Origin: Candidatus Anstonellaceae archaeon
GTDB lineage: Archaea; Micrarchaeota; Micrarchaeia; Anstonellales; Anstonellaceae
DNA length: 64,000 nt
Direction of reading: 5' to 3'
Assembly (NCBI GenBank): GCA_038887295.1
Contig: JAWAKW010000001.1
Span: 11,967 to 75,966 of the forward strand
Positions within the stretch are counted from its first letter, which is position 1. The number at the start of each line of letters is the position of its first letter. Below the pieces are notes generated by a model. The model was not told where the DNA came from. It was given only the letters and a program-made list of their open reading frames with translations, and did not search any database. A program made the translations under genes and the position numbers. Positions 36,662 to 45,809 of this stretch are shown piece after piece.

Positions 36662-37528
36662 CTACATTTGCCGCAGGCGCTTAATTCTTTCTTCTATTGG
36701 CGGATGTGTAGAAAACAGAGATGCGCCAAGGGGGGAGGCAAAATAAAGCTGAGCAGTGGCGTCATTTGCCACAGACACCTTTGAGCCCAACTTGGAAATC
36801 TTTTCAAGGGCGCAAGCAAGCCCCTCTGGGTACCGTGTAAGCTGGACTGCAGTTGCATCTGCCAAATATTCCCTCTGGCGGGACAAAGCAAAACGTATCA
36901 GGATTGCAAAGAATGGCGAAAGGACAATTATTACAAGTGCGATGAGGAGGAGAGGGACTGGCACCTCGCGGCTTCCTCTTCTGCTTCTCAGAATCACGCG
37001 GATAAGAATGTCGGAAATCATTACCACCAAGCCCATCAAAGCGACAGCAAGTGTGGCAAATCGGACGTCAAGGTTTTTGATGTGGGAGATTTCATGTGCA
37101 GCCACCCCCTCCAGCTCAGCACGGTTTAGTTTCTCCACAAGGCCCCGCGTAAAGGCGACTGCGGAATTTTCAGGAGAAAAACCTGTGGCAAATGCGTTCA
37201 GCCCTGGCTCGTCAATTATGTAGATTTTTGGGGTGGGAATTCCTGCGGCAAGCGAAAGCCCTTCAACAACGTTGTGCAAATATGGGTACTGCAGCTTGTC
37301 TGCAGGCTTTGCAGAGGAAAACGAAAGGATGATTTTTGAAGCATTTTTGTAGACGAAATAAACGTATGCAACTGACAGGATTGCTACTAAAATGAAGCCT
37401 ATCGGACTGTCTCCAAATATAATAAGGCTTGCAGCCCAAAGGACTGCAAAAACCAAGACAAGCATGAAAACCAAAAGTATGACGGAGTTGCGCTTGTTTT
37501 GCTCAATTTGGTCAAAAAAAGAAGACAT
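36662..37528 (-). CDS. htpX: Zinc metalloprotease HtpX (M48 family)
   Basis: The HEISH zinc motif lies in a four-TM context, which is the HtpX topology. Confidence 0.85.
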   Translation of the reverse strand: MSSFFDQIEQNKRNSVILLVFMLVLVFAVLWAASLIIFGDSPIGFILVAILSVAYVYFVYKNASKIILSFSSAKPADKLQYPYLHNVVEGLSLAAGIPTPKIYIIDEPGLNAFATGFSPENSAVAFTRGLVEKLNRAELEGVAAHEISHIKNLDVRFATLAVALMGLVVMISDILIRVILRSRRGSREVPVPLLLIALVIIVLSPFFAILIRFALSRQREYLADATAVQLTRYPEGLACALEKISKLGSKVSVANDATAQLYFASPLGASLFSTHPPIEERIKRLRQM

Positions 37529-37541
37529 TTGACCACTGGGC

Positions 37542-38051
37542 TTAGAACTGCACTTTCACGTTTTTGCGCTCCTCTTCGGTTGCCCTGAAAAACTCTCGTG
37601 GGGTGAAGCCAAAAATCCCTGCGACGATGTTTGTCGGAATTGTCTGGATTGCAGTATTGTAAGATAGCACGCTGTCATTGTAGAATTGCCTTGCGTATGC
37701 TATCTTGTTTTCAATCCCTGCGAGTTCTTCTTGCAAAAGCTTGAAGTTTTCGTTTGCGCGCAAATTGGGGTAGTTTTCTGCAACTGCAAAAAGTGACTTC
37801 AAAGTCTGCGAAAGCATGTTGTCTGCTTTTGCTTTCTCTGAAATTGACTGTGCAGAAATTGCTGCGTTCCTTGCACGAGTCACTTCCACAAAGATTTCTC
37901 TTTCATGCTTCACATAGCCTTTGATAGTCTCTACCAGATTTGGCACGAGGTCTGCTCTTCTTTTAAGCTGCACATCTATTTGCGACCATGCGTTGTCAAT
38001 CCTGTTTCTGAGAGTGATTAGGTGGTTGTATGTCAAAAGAAAAAACAACAA
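37542..38051 (-). CDS. lemA: LemA family protein
   Basis: An N-terminal TM helix is followed by LemA conserved blocks. It forms the usual LemA-HtpX pair. Confidence 0.85.
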   Translation of the reverse strand: MLFFLLTYNHLITLRNRIDNAWSQIDVQLKRRADLVPNLVETIKGYVKHEREIFVEVTRARNAAISAQSISEKAKADNMLSQTLKSLFAVAENYPNLRANENFKLLQEELAGIENKIAYARQFYNDSVLSYNTAIQTIPTNIVAGIFGFTPREFFRATEEERKNVKVQF

Positions 38052-38111
38052 AACAAGAAAAATTCCGCCAAGAAGGACTGCTTCAAGGAGAGTGAATAGC
38101 AGACAATCACC

Positions 38112-38366
38112 TTATCCGATTGTTTTCTTGTCCACAATTATGTGGTCGGATGCTGCAAGTACTGCTGAATAAGGAATTACGATTAGTCCGTCCTCCTTGT
38201 TGAGCCTTCGCGCGGTCTGGTTGTCCAAATTCGGCTCCAAAAGCAGGTTTTCAATCTTACCTGTGGTTTCTGAAATTTCCAAATCTATCAGCCTGCCTAA
38301 CTCCTCTCCGTCATTGGTTATTATTTTTTTGCTTGCCAGCTGCTTTGCAAGAACAATCTTTACCAT
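38112..38366 (-). CDS. PRC-barrel domain protein
   Basis: The 84-aa ORF carries the G.ELGR..D....TG.I PRC-barrel signature. Confidence 0.6.
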   Translation of the reverse strand: MVKIVLAKQLASKKIITNDGEELGRLIDLEISETTGKIENLLLEPNLDNQTARRLNKEDGLIVIPYSAVLAASDHIIVDKKTIG

Positions 38367-38482
38367 AAAGCCTCACCTTGCTGTTGGTTTGTTCTCGTTC
38401 AAATTTAAAAAGCTTTAGCCGCGTTGGCGCAAAATGTGCGCCAGCTGTAGAGATTTAATTTTTACCTCCTTTAAAGCATGGG

Positions 38483-39256
38483 GTGTTTGCAATGATAGCA
38501 AATGAAGTCCACCTTGGCAAAATTGTACAAAATGGCCGTGTGCTGATATTGGCGATGGACCAGGGCATGGAGCACGGTCCTTCAGATTTCGACAAGCGTA
38601 ATATAAATCCCGAATATGTCTGTGAAATTGCTGCAAAAGGGGGATTTACAGGGTTTGCGGTGCAAAAGGGCATAGCCAAGCATTACAAGGAAAACTACTC
38701 TGGCAAGGTGCCGCTTGTATTGAAGTTGAACGGCAAGACCAACATTGTGCCGAAAGATGAAGCATATTCCCCTCCTGTTGCAAGCGTGAAAGAGGCGGTT
38801 GAGCTTGGGGCGGATGCAATTGGATATACTATTTATGTGGGCTCGCCCATGGAGGCGCAAATGTTCCGCGAGTTTGGGGCAATTGAGCGCGAAGCGCATG
38901 ATTTTGGTCTTGCTTGCGTAGTTTGGGCCTATCCGCGCGGAAAATATGTAAAAGATGAAAAAGCAGGTGACGTGGTTGCATACGCCGCGCGGGTTGCACT
39001 GGAGCTTGGGGCGGATATTGTAAAGGTAAACTACCCAGGCTCTGTTGAAGCTATGAAGTGGGTGGTTGCGTCTGCAGGAAAATGCAAAGTGATTTCAGCA
39101 GGTGGAAGTAAGCAGCCTGAGGCAGAGTTCCTCCAAAAAGTCAGGGACATAATGTCTGCTGGTGCAGTGGGACTGGCAGTTGGAAGGAATGTATGGCAGC
39201 ACGATGAACCATTAAGGATGGCAAAGGAGATAAGGAAGATAGTGTTTGGGGAATGA
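38483..39256 (+). CDS. fba: Class I fructose-bisphosphate aldolase, archaeal DhnA type
   Basis: It is a TIM-barrel aldolase of the DhnA family (ILAMDQGMEHGP, KVNY). Its adjacency to fbp favours FBA over ADH synthase. Confidence 0.75.
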   Translation: MFAMIANEVHLGKIVQNGRVLILAMDQGMEHGPSDFDKRNINPEYVCEIAAKGGFTGFAVQKGIAKHYKENYSGKVPLVLKLNGKTNIVPKDEAYSPPVASVKEAVELGADAIGYTIYVGSPMEAQMFREFGAIEREAHDFGLACVVWAYPRGKYVKDEKAGDVVAYAARVALELGADIVKVNYPGSVEAMKWVVASAGKCKVISAGGSKQPEAEFLQKVRDIMSAGAVGLAVGRNVWQHDEPLRMAKEIRKIVFGE

Positions 39257-40181
39257 TTGGATGGAAGAGCTGACGCTGCAGCAGCACCTTGAAAAGGAAG
39301 GAGTAAGCAAAAATCTTGCAAGCCTTATTTCTTCCTTTGCATACATTTCCCTTGATGCCCAGCACCATTTCCCAAAATACATTCGCGGCACACTAGGGGA
39401 CCGCAACAAGTACGGTGAGGCTGTTGCAAAGCTTGATGCTTGGGTAAACGGCTACCTTTGCGACAGCCTGGTGAAAACAGGGCTGGTGTCCAAAATCTAC
39501 TCCGAAGAGCTGAAAGAGCCCATCATTGCAACCGCAAGCAGCCATGCAGAATTCGTGGTCACATTGGACCCCCTTGACGGTTCTTCTAACATAATCACCA
39601 ACAATGCATTCGGCTCGATTGTGGGTGTTTACCGGGGGGACTTGCCTCAGCCAGGAAAGAATTTGGTGGCTGCGTTCTACAAGCTTTATGGTCCTGTAAA
39701 TACGCTTGTATATACTGTTGGCAAGGGCACGCACGAGTTTGTTAAGCATTATGACTCTGAAGGGAAAGCTACTTTTTTCCTTTTGGCAGAAAACTTGAAG
39801 ATGCCGCAGCCGGGAGAGGTGTTTGGGATTGGCGGTGACCCTTTGGATTGGAGCCCCCAATTTCTGAAATTTGCAAAGGATTTGTTTAGGGTGGAGAAGC
39901 TAAAGGTGCGCTACTGCGGAACCTTGGTTGCTGATTTCTCCCAAATACTTCACAGGGGAGGGATGTTTGCATATCCTTCCTCAAAGAAGAGCCCGTCTGG
40001 CAAACTGAGGCTTTTTTACGAAGCTCAGCCGCTTGCATTCATCTGCGAGCAGGCAGGGGGGGCAAGCTGGTCTGGCAAAGAGTCTCTTCTTGAGGTGCAC
40101 CAAGAGGACGTGGATGCAAGAACACCTGTGTATTTTGGCAACAGATACCTGATTGACAAACTGAAGGAATGCTGCCCTTAA
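39246..40181 (+). CDS. fbp: Fructose-1,6-bisphosphatase class 1
   Basis: The VVTLDPLDGSSNI metal-binding motif and GT..EF/YGG class I FBPase blocks are present. It overlaps fba by 11 nt. Confidence 0.8.
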   Translation: MGNDWMEELTLQQHLEKEGVSKNLASLISSFAYISLDAQHHFPKYIRGTLGDRNKYGEAVAKLDAWVNGYLCDSLVKTGLVSKIYSEELKEPIIATASSHAEFVVTLDPLDGSSNIITNNAFGSIVGVYRGDLPQPGKNLVAAFYKLYGPVNTLVYTVGKGTHEFVKHYDSEGKATFFLLAENLKMPQPGEVFGIGGDPLDWSPQFLKFAKDLFRVEKLKVRYCGTLVADFSQILHRGGMFAYPSSKKSPSGKLRLFYEAQPLAFICEQAGGASWSGKESLLEVHQEDVDARTPVYFGNRYLIDKLKECCP

Positions 40182-41365
40182 GGCTGAACCCATTCAATTT
40201 CGTAATATTCGTACTCTGAGCCTGGTATTTCTATCCTTTTTACTGCATAGTATGTGACTGCTGTTTCCCTGTCGCAAATTGCCAAAAGAAGCTCCAGTCC
40301 AATTCTTTTGCACTGTTGGATGGCATCTGCAAGCTCCTCTCCTCCGATGTACTCTTCCTCTGAAAGCGAAAACATAAGGTATTTTGGCTTGCCGGTTTTT
40401 GGATTCTCTATCCCGCCGCCTTTTCTGTGGTATAACAGGAAGTCTAAGTTGGTGCAAAATTCGTCTTTCTTGGCAGTCTGCTGATTTTTCTTTGGCGCAC
40501 CTGGAATTGCAAGCACAAATGTCTTTTTGACAGAGTGTGCAACACGGATTGCACGCGCCCACTCTGAAATCAAAAGCTTGGAAGCGCGCGGGAAACAGTG
40601 GATCACGTGCTTGCTGTGGATCCACTCCTGACTTGGGCGTACAGGAGATGCACCTGGAAAATAGAGGCGGAAGTGCGTACCGAACTTGAAGCCCGTCTTC
40701 AGCACAAAGCCGTTCAGCCTCCAGTCCTCATACACTTCGTACATCTCGCTGAAATATTTGTGGCGCTTCTTTGCAGCCTTAATTACCTCTTCCACAGTTG
40801 CATTAGTAAGCTTCATTTGCGCATGCCGCATCAGGAAAAGAGTTTCGTATACGTCAAGCTTGGAAAGCTTGCCCCTCTGCTCTGCTTTGTATGAGCCAAA
40901 TTGCCCAAACCAGTATCTTTCATAAAGCTCCTTGCCTACTGCCTCATCGTCGATTATAGCCCACAAATCAGCCGGGTAAAATGTTGCCTGGATTGAATAC
41001 TTGTCTAATATTAGTTTCCCTGCCGGATATTTTTTTGATGTGTTCCTATCATATTTTTCGCAAATTTCAGAAACCTGCCTTGCAATCAGCCCACGGTCCC
41101 TCCAATCTTTGTATGTAAAGTAGCGGGCCATCTGCTTTTTTGAGTTGAAATGGCTTGCCAGCTCATTGAATTTGTATTCGTTGAGGGCAGGGTCAAAACA
41201 CCTTGCATTGCGGATGTCCATAAGGTAGAGAGCTTCCTCCAAAAAGAGGTGGATTGTGCCTTTTTTCATGTAGCCGTAATGCCCATTCACAAGGGAAGAA
41301 ACCGCCTCTGGCTGCGAAACCATAAGTGCCTTTTTCTTCGGGTCAAAAATGATTTGCATCCCCAT
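40178..41365 (-). CDS. endA: tRNA-splicing endonuclease EndA, fused two-unit form (N-terminal degenerate unit plus C-terminal catalytic unit) with insertions
   Basis: Unit 1 has LFLEEALYLMD and YFTYKDWRDRGLIARQ. Unit 2 has the catalytic blocks VYEDWRLNGFVLKTGFKFGTHFRLY, HSKHVIHCF, RVAHSVKK and VTYYAVKRI (Tyr, His and Lys present). The ORF is about 395 aa from the internal Met; cat codons at 41357-41359 and 41363-41365 were verified. Confidence 0.8.
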   Translation of the reverse strand: MGMQIIFDPKKKALMVSQPEAVSSLVNGHYGYMKKGTIHLFLEEALYLMDIRNARCFDPALNEYKFNELASHFNSKKQMARYFTYKDWRDRGLIARQVSEICEKYDRNTSKKYPAGKLILDKYSIQATFYPADLWAIIDDEAVGKELYERYWFGQFGSYKAEQRGKLSKLDVYETLFLMRHAQMKLTNATVEEVIKAAKKRHKYFSEMYEVYEDWRLNGFVLKTGFKFGTHFRLYFPGASPVRPSQEWIHSKHVIHCFPRASKLLISEWARAIRVAHSVKKTFVLAIPGAPKKNQQTAKKDEFCTNLDFLLYHRKGGGIENPKTGKPKYLMFSLSEEEYIGGEELADAIQQCKRIGLELLLAICDRETAVTYYAVKRIEIPGSEYEYYEIEWVQP

Positions 41366-41460
41366 TTTATTGCCCTCCCGCCTGCTTAGAAAAAAATGCT
41401 TGCGGAAAGCCTGCGCAACAAAAAGATGGAACGGATGCTTTAAATAACAAGAGGGATAGA

Positions 41461-42513
41461 ATGCGACTGATGGGGAGGGCAAAGGCAGGGCAAGGCAAGC
41501 ATTATGCAAGAGTGCGCAGTCAAAACAAGAGCATCCCTGATGATGTTTTGAAACTCCTTTTGAGGCAAAAATACCATATTGCAGGCGAGCATTCTGCTGC
41601 AAAGATATGCCACTGGGCACACTCTACCCTGATTGGAGGGATTGGCTGCTACAAAAATAAGTTTTACGGGATTGCTTCCCATCGCTGCCTGCAATGCACG
41701 CCTTCTCTGTTGTTCTGCAACCACGCCTGCGTTTTTTGCTGGAGGGTAATGCCTGAAAAAAGCCTCGCATTTGAGGATATGCCTAAAGATGGCTTCAAGT
41801 GGGATGAGCCAAAAAAGATTGCAGATTTGCTGCTGAAAGCCCAGCAGGAGATCATTTCAGGCTATGGTGGCAATCCAAAGGTAAGCAGGCAAAGATACCA
41901 GGAAGCCCTCCAGCCTGCGCATGTTGCGCTTTCACTGACTGGTGAGCCAACCATTTACCCTTACATTGGAGAGCTGATTGAAGAATTTCACCGCAGGAAT
42001 ATGACCACCTTCCTTGTGACAAATGGGACCTTTCCGGAAAGAATTGCAAAACTTGAAGAACTGCCTACGCAGCTTTATGTTTCTATGGTCGCGCCCAATC
42101 TGGAGGTTTACAAAAAAGCAATCCGCCCAAAAAGCCCGGCTCTTTGGGGGAAATATTTGCAGACCCTCCGCCTTTTGCCACAAATTGGGGAAAGGACTCG
42201 GACTGTGCTTAGAATGACGCTCACCAGGGGGGTAAATGACTTTGACTGGGAGGGATATGCTAAGCAAATCTTGGATGCTGTGCCGCATTATGTGGAAGTG
42301 AAAAGCATGGTTTTTGTAGGTGGGGCGAGGCTGCCGCAGCGAGGGCTTTCCCTAAAAAGCATGCTTGCAATACAGGAAATAGAAGAAATTGCAAAAAAGC
42401 TTGCAGGTTTAACAGGGTATCGCATAGCAGACCGTCATGAGCTTTCCAGGGTGGTGCTGCTTTGCAGGGACGAAGAAACAGAAAAGAAGCGGATGATTCT
42501 GTGGAGAAGATAA
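41461..42513 (+). CDS. taw1: tRNA 4-demethylwyosine synthase Taw1 (TYW1-like radical SAM)
   Basis: The radical-SAM cluster is CNHACVFCWR, preceded by GIASHRCLQCTP. Length and blocks fit archaeal Taw1. Confidence 0.7.
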   Translation: MRLMGRAKAGQGKHYARVRSQNKSIPDDVLKLLLRQKYHIAGEHSAAKICHWAHSTLIGGIGCYKNKFYGIASHRCLQCTPSLLFCNHACVFCWRVMPEKSLAFEDMPKDGFKWDEPKKIADLLLKAQQEIISGYGGNPKVSRQRYQEALQPAHVALSLTGEPTIYPYIGELIEEFHRRNMTTFLVTNGTFPERIAKLEELPTQLYVSMVAPNLEVYKKAIRPKSPALWGKYLQTLRLLPQIGERTRTVLRMTLTRGVNDFDWEGYAKQILDAVPHYVEVKSMVFVGGARLPQRGLSLKSMLAIQEIEEIAKKLAGLTGYRIADRHELSRVVLLCRDEETEKKRMILWRR

Positions 42514-43115
42514 AGGCAGTGATATTTGACATTGATGGAGTATTGGTGGATTCCAGGAAGGCAGTGGTGCACAACACGCTGCAGCTGATGAGGGAATTTG
42601 GCTTTGACGTCCCAAAAGAAAAAGTAAACACTATGTCCAGTGCACACAGCGCAGAAACCGTTTTGGTCACTCTTGTCCCATCTCTGCGCAGAAAAAGGAG
42701 CCTTTTAAAAAAGATGCTTTTGCGGCTGTCTGAATTGACCAGGGAAAACCTCCATATGATAAAGCCTTTATTTATGATAAGGCGGATACAGAAGCTTTCG
42801 GAAAAATATTTGCTTGCCATTGCCACTAATAGAAAAAGGAGTGCGAAGCTTATTTTACAAAAATTCAAGGTGGAACAATACTTTTCATGTGTGATGACCA
42901 GTGCGGATGCTGCGCCAAAGCCTAGCCCGCAAATGCTAATTTCTGCACTAAAAGCGCTCCAAGTGAAGCCCAATGAAGCCCTTTTTGTTGGTGACAACAA
43001 GGAGGATGCCCTTGCTGCAAAAAGGGCAACAGTGAAATTTTTGCTTTTGGATGGCAAAAACCGTGCTTCTTGCCAGAAATTTGTTCTGAGCCTTATGAAA
43101 GGGGAACCACTATGA
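42462..43115 (+). CDS. HAD-superfamily hydrolase (phosphatase)
   Basis: HAD motif I is AVIFDIDGVLVDS, motif II is a conserved T/S, and motif IV is GDNKEDALAAKRA. The start is uncertain; the annotated start overlaps taw1 by 52 nt. Confidence 0.7.
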   Translation: MQGRRNRKEADDSVEKIKAVIFDIDGVLVDSRKAVVHNTLQLMREFGFDVPKEKVNTMSSAHSAETVLVTLVPSLRRKRSLLKKMLLRLSELTRENLHMIKPLFMIRRIQKLSEKYLLAIATNRKRSAKLILQKFKVEQYFSCVMTSADAAPKPSPQMLISALKALQVKPNEALFVGDNKEDALAAKRATVKFLLLDGKNRASCQKFVLSLMKGEPL

Positions 43116-43476
43116 TTTTGCCTTTTTTGTTTTTGACCAAGAAGTCAAAGGATGGCGCAGAGTATTCTACTTCCACTTGGCAGGAAGAGCTTGCCCAGGC
43201 ATAAAATTTCCCTGATGAAAAATTGTAAGCAGTGCCGTTTGAACTTATTGTTGCCTGCATCCCCTGAAGGCGCACTTCTCTTATGTTTCCGTCACCAAGA
43301 ATGCATGCTTCATGAATTGCTGAAGATAACGCCGCAAATGAGCTTTTTGCAAGCTCCAACCGCGCTCTTTCGGAGGCTTTTTCCTGGAACTTGGAAAGTG
43401 CCACGTAGGAGATGCCAAGAAGTGTGATAAACAAGAGGAATACGATAAGGGTTTCTAGGGAAAGCTGAGCTTTCAC
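43093..43476 (-). CDS. Type IV pilin-like protein with a class III (prepilin) signal peptide
   Basis: The N-terminus MKAQLSLETLIVFLLFITLLGISYV has a positive charge, a Q at +1 and an E at +5 of the mature protein. A hydrophobic helix follows. Confidence 0.55.
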   Translation of the reverse strand: MKAQLSLETLIVFLLFITLLGISYVALSKFQEKASERARLELAKSSFAALSSAIHEACILGDGNIREVRLQGMQATISSNGTAYNFSSGKFYAWASSSCQVEVEYSAPSFDFLVKNKKGKIIVVPLS

Positions 43477-43491
43477 AGCTACCAGGCCTTT

Positions 43492-43734
43492 TTAGCCGCA
43501 TTTATTGGTGATGGTGTTGCATATTCCACTTGCGCAATCAGAGTCTGAAACGCAGTACGCTCCGCTTGCCCCTTTGAAAGTGGTGTCGGAGGTATTGAAG
43601 ACCGCGTCTGCTTTCTGCTCGACTTTTTCTGCTGCTTTGTTTGCAGAGCGGACTAGGACAGAAGCGGCCAGTACTGCCACACCTAAAATCACAACTAGCA
43701 CAATCAGCATCTCAGCCGAAAGCTGGGCTTTCAT
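43492..43734 (-). CDS. Type IV pilin-like protein with a class III signal peptide, second copy
   Basis: The N-terminus is MKAQLSAEMLIVLVVILGVAVLAASVLV. The Cys-rich C-terminal end is CVSDSDCASGICN. Confidence 0.55.
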   Translation of the reverse strand: MKAQLSAEMLIVLVVILGVAVLAASVLVRSANKAAEKVEQKADAVFNTSDTTFKGASGAYCVSDSDCASGICNTITNKCG

Positions 43735-43823
43735 TCCTTCACCTCCCAAATAAAATTGCGCATCTGGATGTTAAAAAGGATGATGATGCTGTTTAATAAA
43801 TAGATTGGAAAAAAGGCAAAGAT

Positions 43824-45809
43824 GTGAAGCTTGTTATTTGCGAAAAGCCAAATGCTGCTGAAAAGGTAGCATATGCGCTTGGAAAACCACGACTGAAAAA
43901 GTACGGATCAGTTAAATATTGGGAGGTGGAAAACGAAGGGCAGCACATAGTAGTGGTTCCTGCGGTTGGGCACCTTTATGGGCTCAAGCAAAAAGGGACT
44001 GGATGGACTTATCCTGTCTTTGATGTTGAATGGGCGCCAAATTATACGATTGAAAAGGAGGCAGCATACCAGAAGTCATATTTGGATGCAATTAGCAAGC
44101 TTTCTGAAGGGGCAGATGAGTGCGTGTGCGCCTGCGATTATGATACTGAAGGCAGCCTGATAGGTTACAACATAATTAGGTTTGCCTGCAAGCCAACCAG
44201 CACCAGCAGGATGAAATTCTCCACCCTTACACAAGATGAGCTGAAGACTGCCTGGCAAGAAAGAGGGAGGCTGGATTTGGAAAATGCGCTGGCAGGGGAA
44301 GCCCGCCATATCCTGGACTGGTATTATGGCATAAATCTAAGTCGGGCGCTGATGTCTTCGATAAGAAAGGCGGGTGCCCGTCAGGTTATGAGCATAGGGA
44401 GAGTGCAGGGGCCTGCTCTTGCAATACTTGCAAAAAGGGAGAAGGAAATCGCCTCATTTGATCCTACCCCTTACTGGGAGGTGTGGTGCGAGGCAAAGGG
44501 GGCCAGATTCCAAAATCTCCATGGACGCTATCAGACAAAGGAGCAAGCCCAGCAGGCGGTTGCAAATTCTTCTGAAAAAGGGATAGTGAAGAGCGTGGTT
44601 CGCAAGGAACGTCGCTTGCCTCCTTCGCCCCCTTTTGACTTGACTGACTTGCAAATTGAGGCACACCGGGTATTTGGGTTTGACCCAAAAACTACATTGG
44701 ACATTGCCCAGTCTCTTTATGAAAATGCGCTGATTTCTTATCCTCGGACAAGCTCGCAAAAGCTTCCTTCCAAGCTTAATCTGAAAGGGATATTGTACAA
44801 ACTTTCTTCCCAGACAGAATATGCATTTGCAGGCAAGCTTGTTGAGCAAGGGAGAACAAAGCCGCAGGAAGGCAAAAAAACCGACCCTGCGCATCCGGCA
44901 ATCCATCCAACTGGGGAGGCCCCAGCAAAGCTGGATGAAAGACAGGCAAAGCTTTATGATTTGATTGTACGGCGCTTTTTGTCTGCTTTTTGCGAGCCTG
45001 CGGTAAGAGAAATGCAAAAAGTGGTGATAGCTGCAGGCAAAGAAGAATATGGCGCAAGCGGAGCAAGGACGAAAAAACCTGGGTGGCTTGAAATTTACAA
45101 ATATGCAAAGTTTGAAGAGCAGGAGCTGCCTGAGTTTAAGGAAGGAGAGGAGGTGCAGCTTAAGTTCAAGATAGAAGAAAAGACCACCCAGCCGCCAAAG
45201 CGCTACACCTCTGCGTCGCTGATAGCTGAGCTTGAAAGGAGGGGGCTTGGGACCAAAGCCACCCGCGCCACCATTATTGAAACGCTTTTCAAGAGGGGCT
45301 ATGTTGAGGGCAAAAGCATAAAGGTGACTCCTTTTGGTATGGCGGTCTATGAGCTGTTGCAAAAAATTGCACCACAAATATTGGATGAACAGCTTACAAG
45401 GCAAATAGAGGAGGAGATGGAGAAAATAAAGGATGGTGAAAATGAAAAAAAGGCGATAGAAAAAGGGAAAGCACTTCTTGAGCAGATACTCTCAAGGTTT
45501 GAAGGACAAGAAAGCAAAATCGGCAAAGAGCTGTTTGTGGGGCTAAAAACCAAAAACGACCAGGAAAGCCTGCTTGGGAAATGCCCGATGTGCAAACAAG
45601 GGAATTTGAGGATAATCCGCCTCAAAGACGACAGGCAGTTTGTCGGATGTACTGCATACCCTGCATGCACTGCAACTTACAGTCTGCCGAATGTAAAAGT
45701 AGTGCCTGCAGGTAAAAATTGCCCTGTTTGCGGCACGCCTATGATACGCGGAAAAGGGAGGGGAAGGTTTTTTGAGGTGTGCCTAAATCCAAAGTGCAAA
45801 GCACAGTAG
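43824..45809 (+). CDS. topA: DNA topoisomerase type IA (TopA/topoisomerase III-like) with C-terminal zinc ribbons
   Basis: A Toprim domain (MKLVICEKPNAAEKVA...DYDTEGS), an active-site-Tyr region (SYPRTSS) and C-terminal CPMC/CPVCG zinc ribbons are present. Confidence 0.9.
   Translation: MKLVICEKPNAAEKVAYALGKPRLKKYGSVKYWEVENEGQHIVVVPAVGHLYGLKQKGTGWTYPVFDVEWAPNYTIEKEAAYQKSYLDAISKLSEGADECVCACDYDTEGSLIGYNIIRFACKPTSTSRMKFSTLTQDELKTAWQERGRLDLENALAGEARHILDWYYGINLSRALMSSIRKAGARQVMSIGRVQGPALAILAKREKEIASFDPTPYWEVWCEAKGARFQNLHGRYQTKEQAQQAVANSSEKGIVKSVVRKERRLPPSPPFDLTDLQIEAHRVFGFDPKTTLDIAQSLYENALISYPRTSSQKLPSKLNLKGILYKLSSQTEYAFAGKLVEQGRTKPQEGKKTDPAHPAIHPTGEAPAKLDERQAKLYDLIVRRFLSAFCEPAVREMQKVVIAAGKEEYGASGARTKKPGWLEIYKYAKFEEQELPEFKEGEEVQLKFKIEEKTTQPPKRYTSASLIAELERRGLGTKATRATIIETLFKRGYVEGKSIKVTPFGMAVYELLQKIAPQILDEQLTRQIEEEMEKIKDGENEKKAIEKGKALLEQILSRFEGQESKIGKELFVGLKTKNDQESLLGKCPMCKQGNLRIIRLKDDRQFVGCTAYPACTATYSLPNVKVVPAGKNCPVCGTPMIRGKGRGRFFEVCLNPKCKAQ

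Noticed and set aside
38483-39256. Alternative call of the DhnA-family aldolase as ADH synthase (AroA') of the archaeal shikimate pathway
   Set aside because: It overlaps a fructose-1,6-bisphosphatase gene by 11 nt and no aroB' neighbour is present. FBA is favoured, but this cannot be settled without a residue-level comparison.
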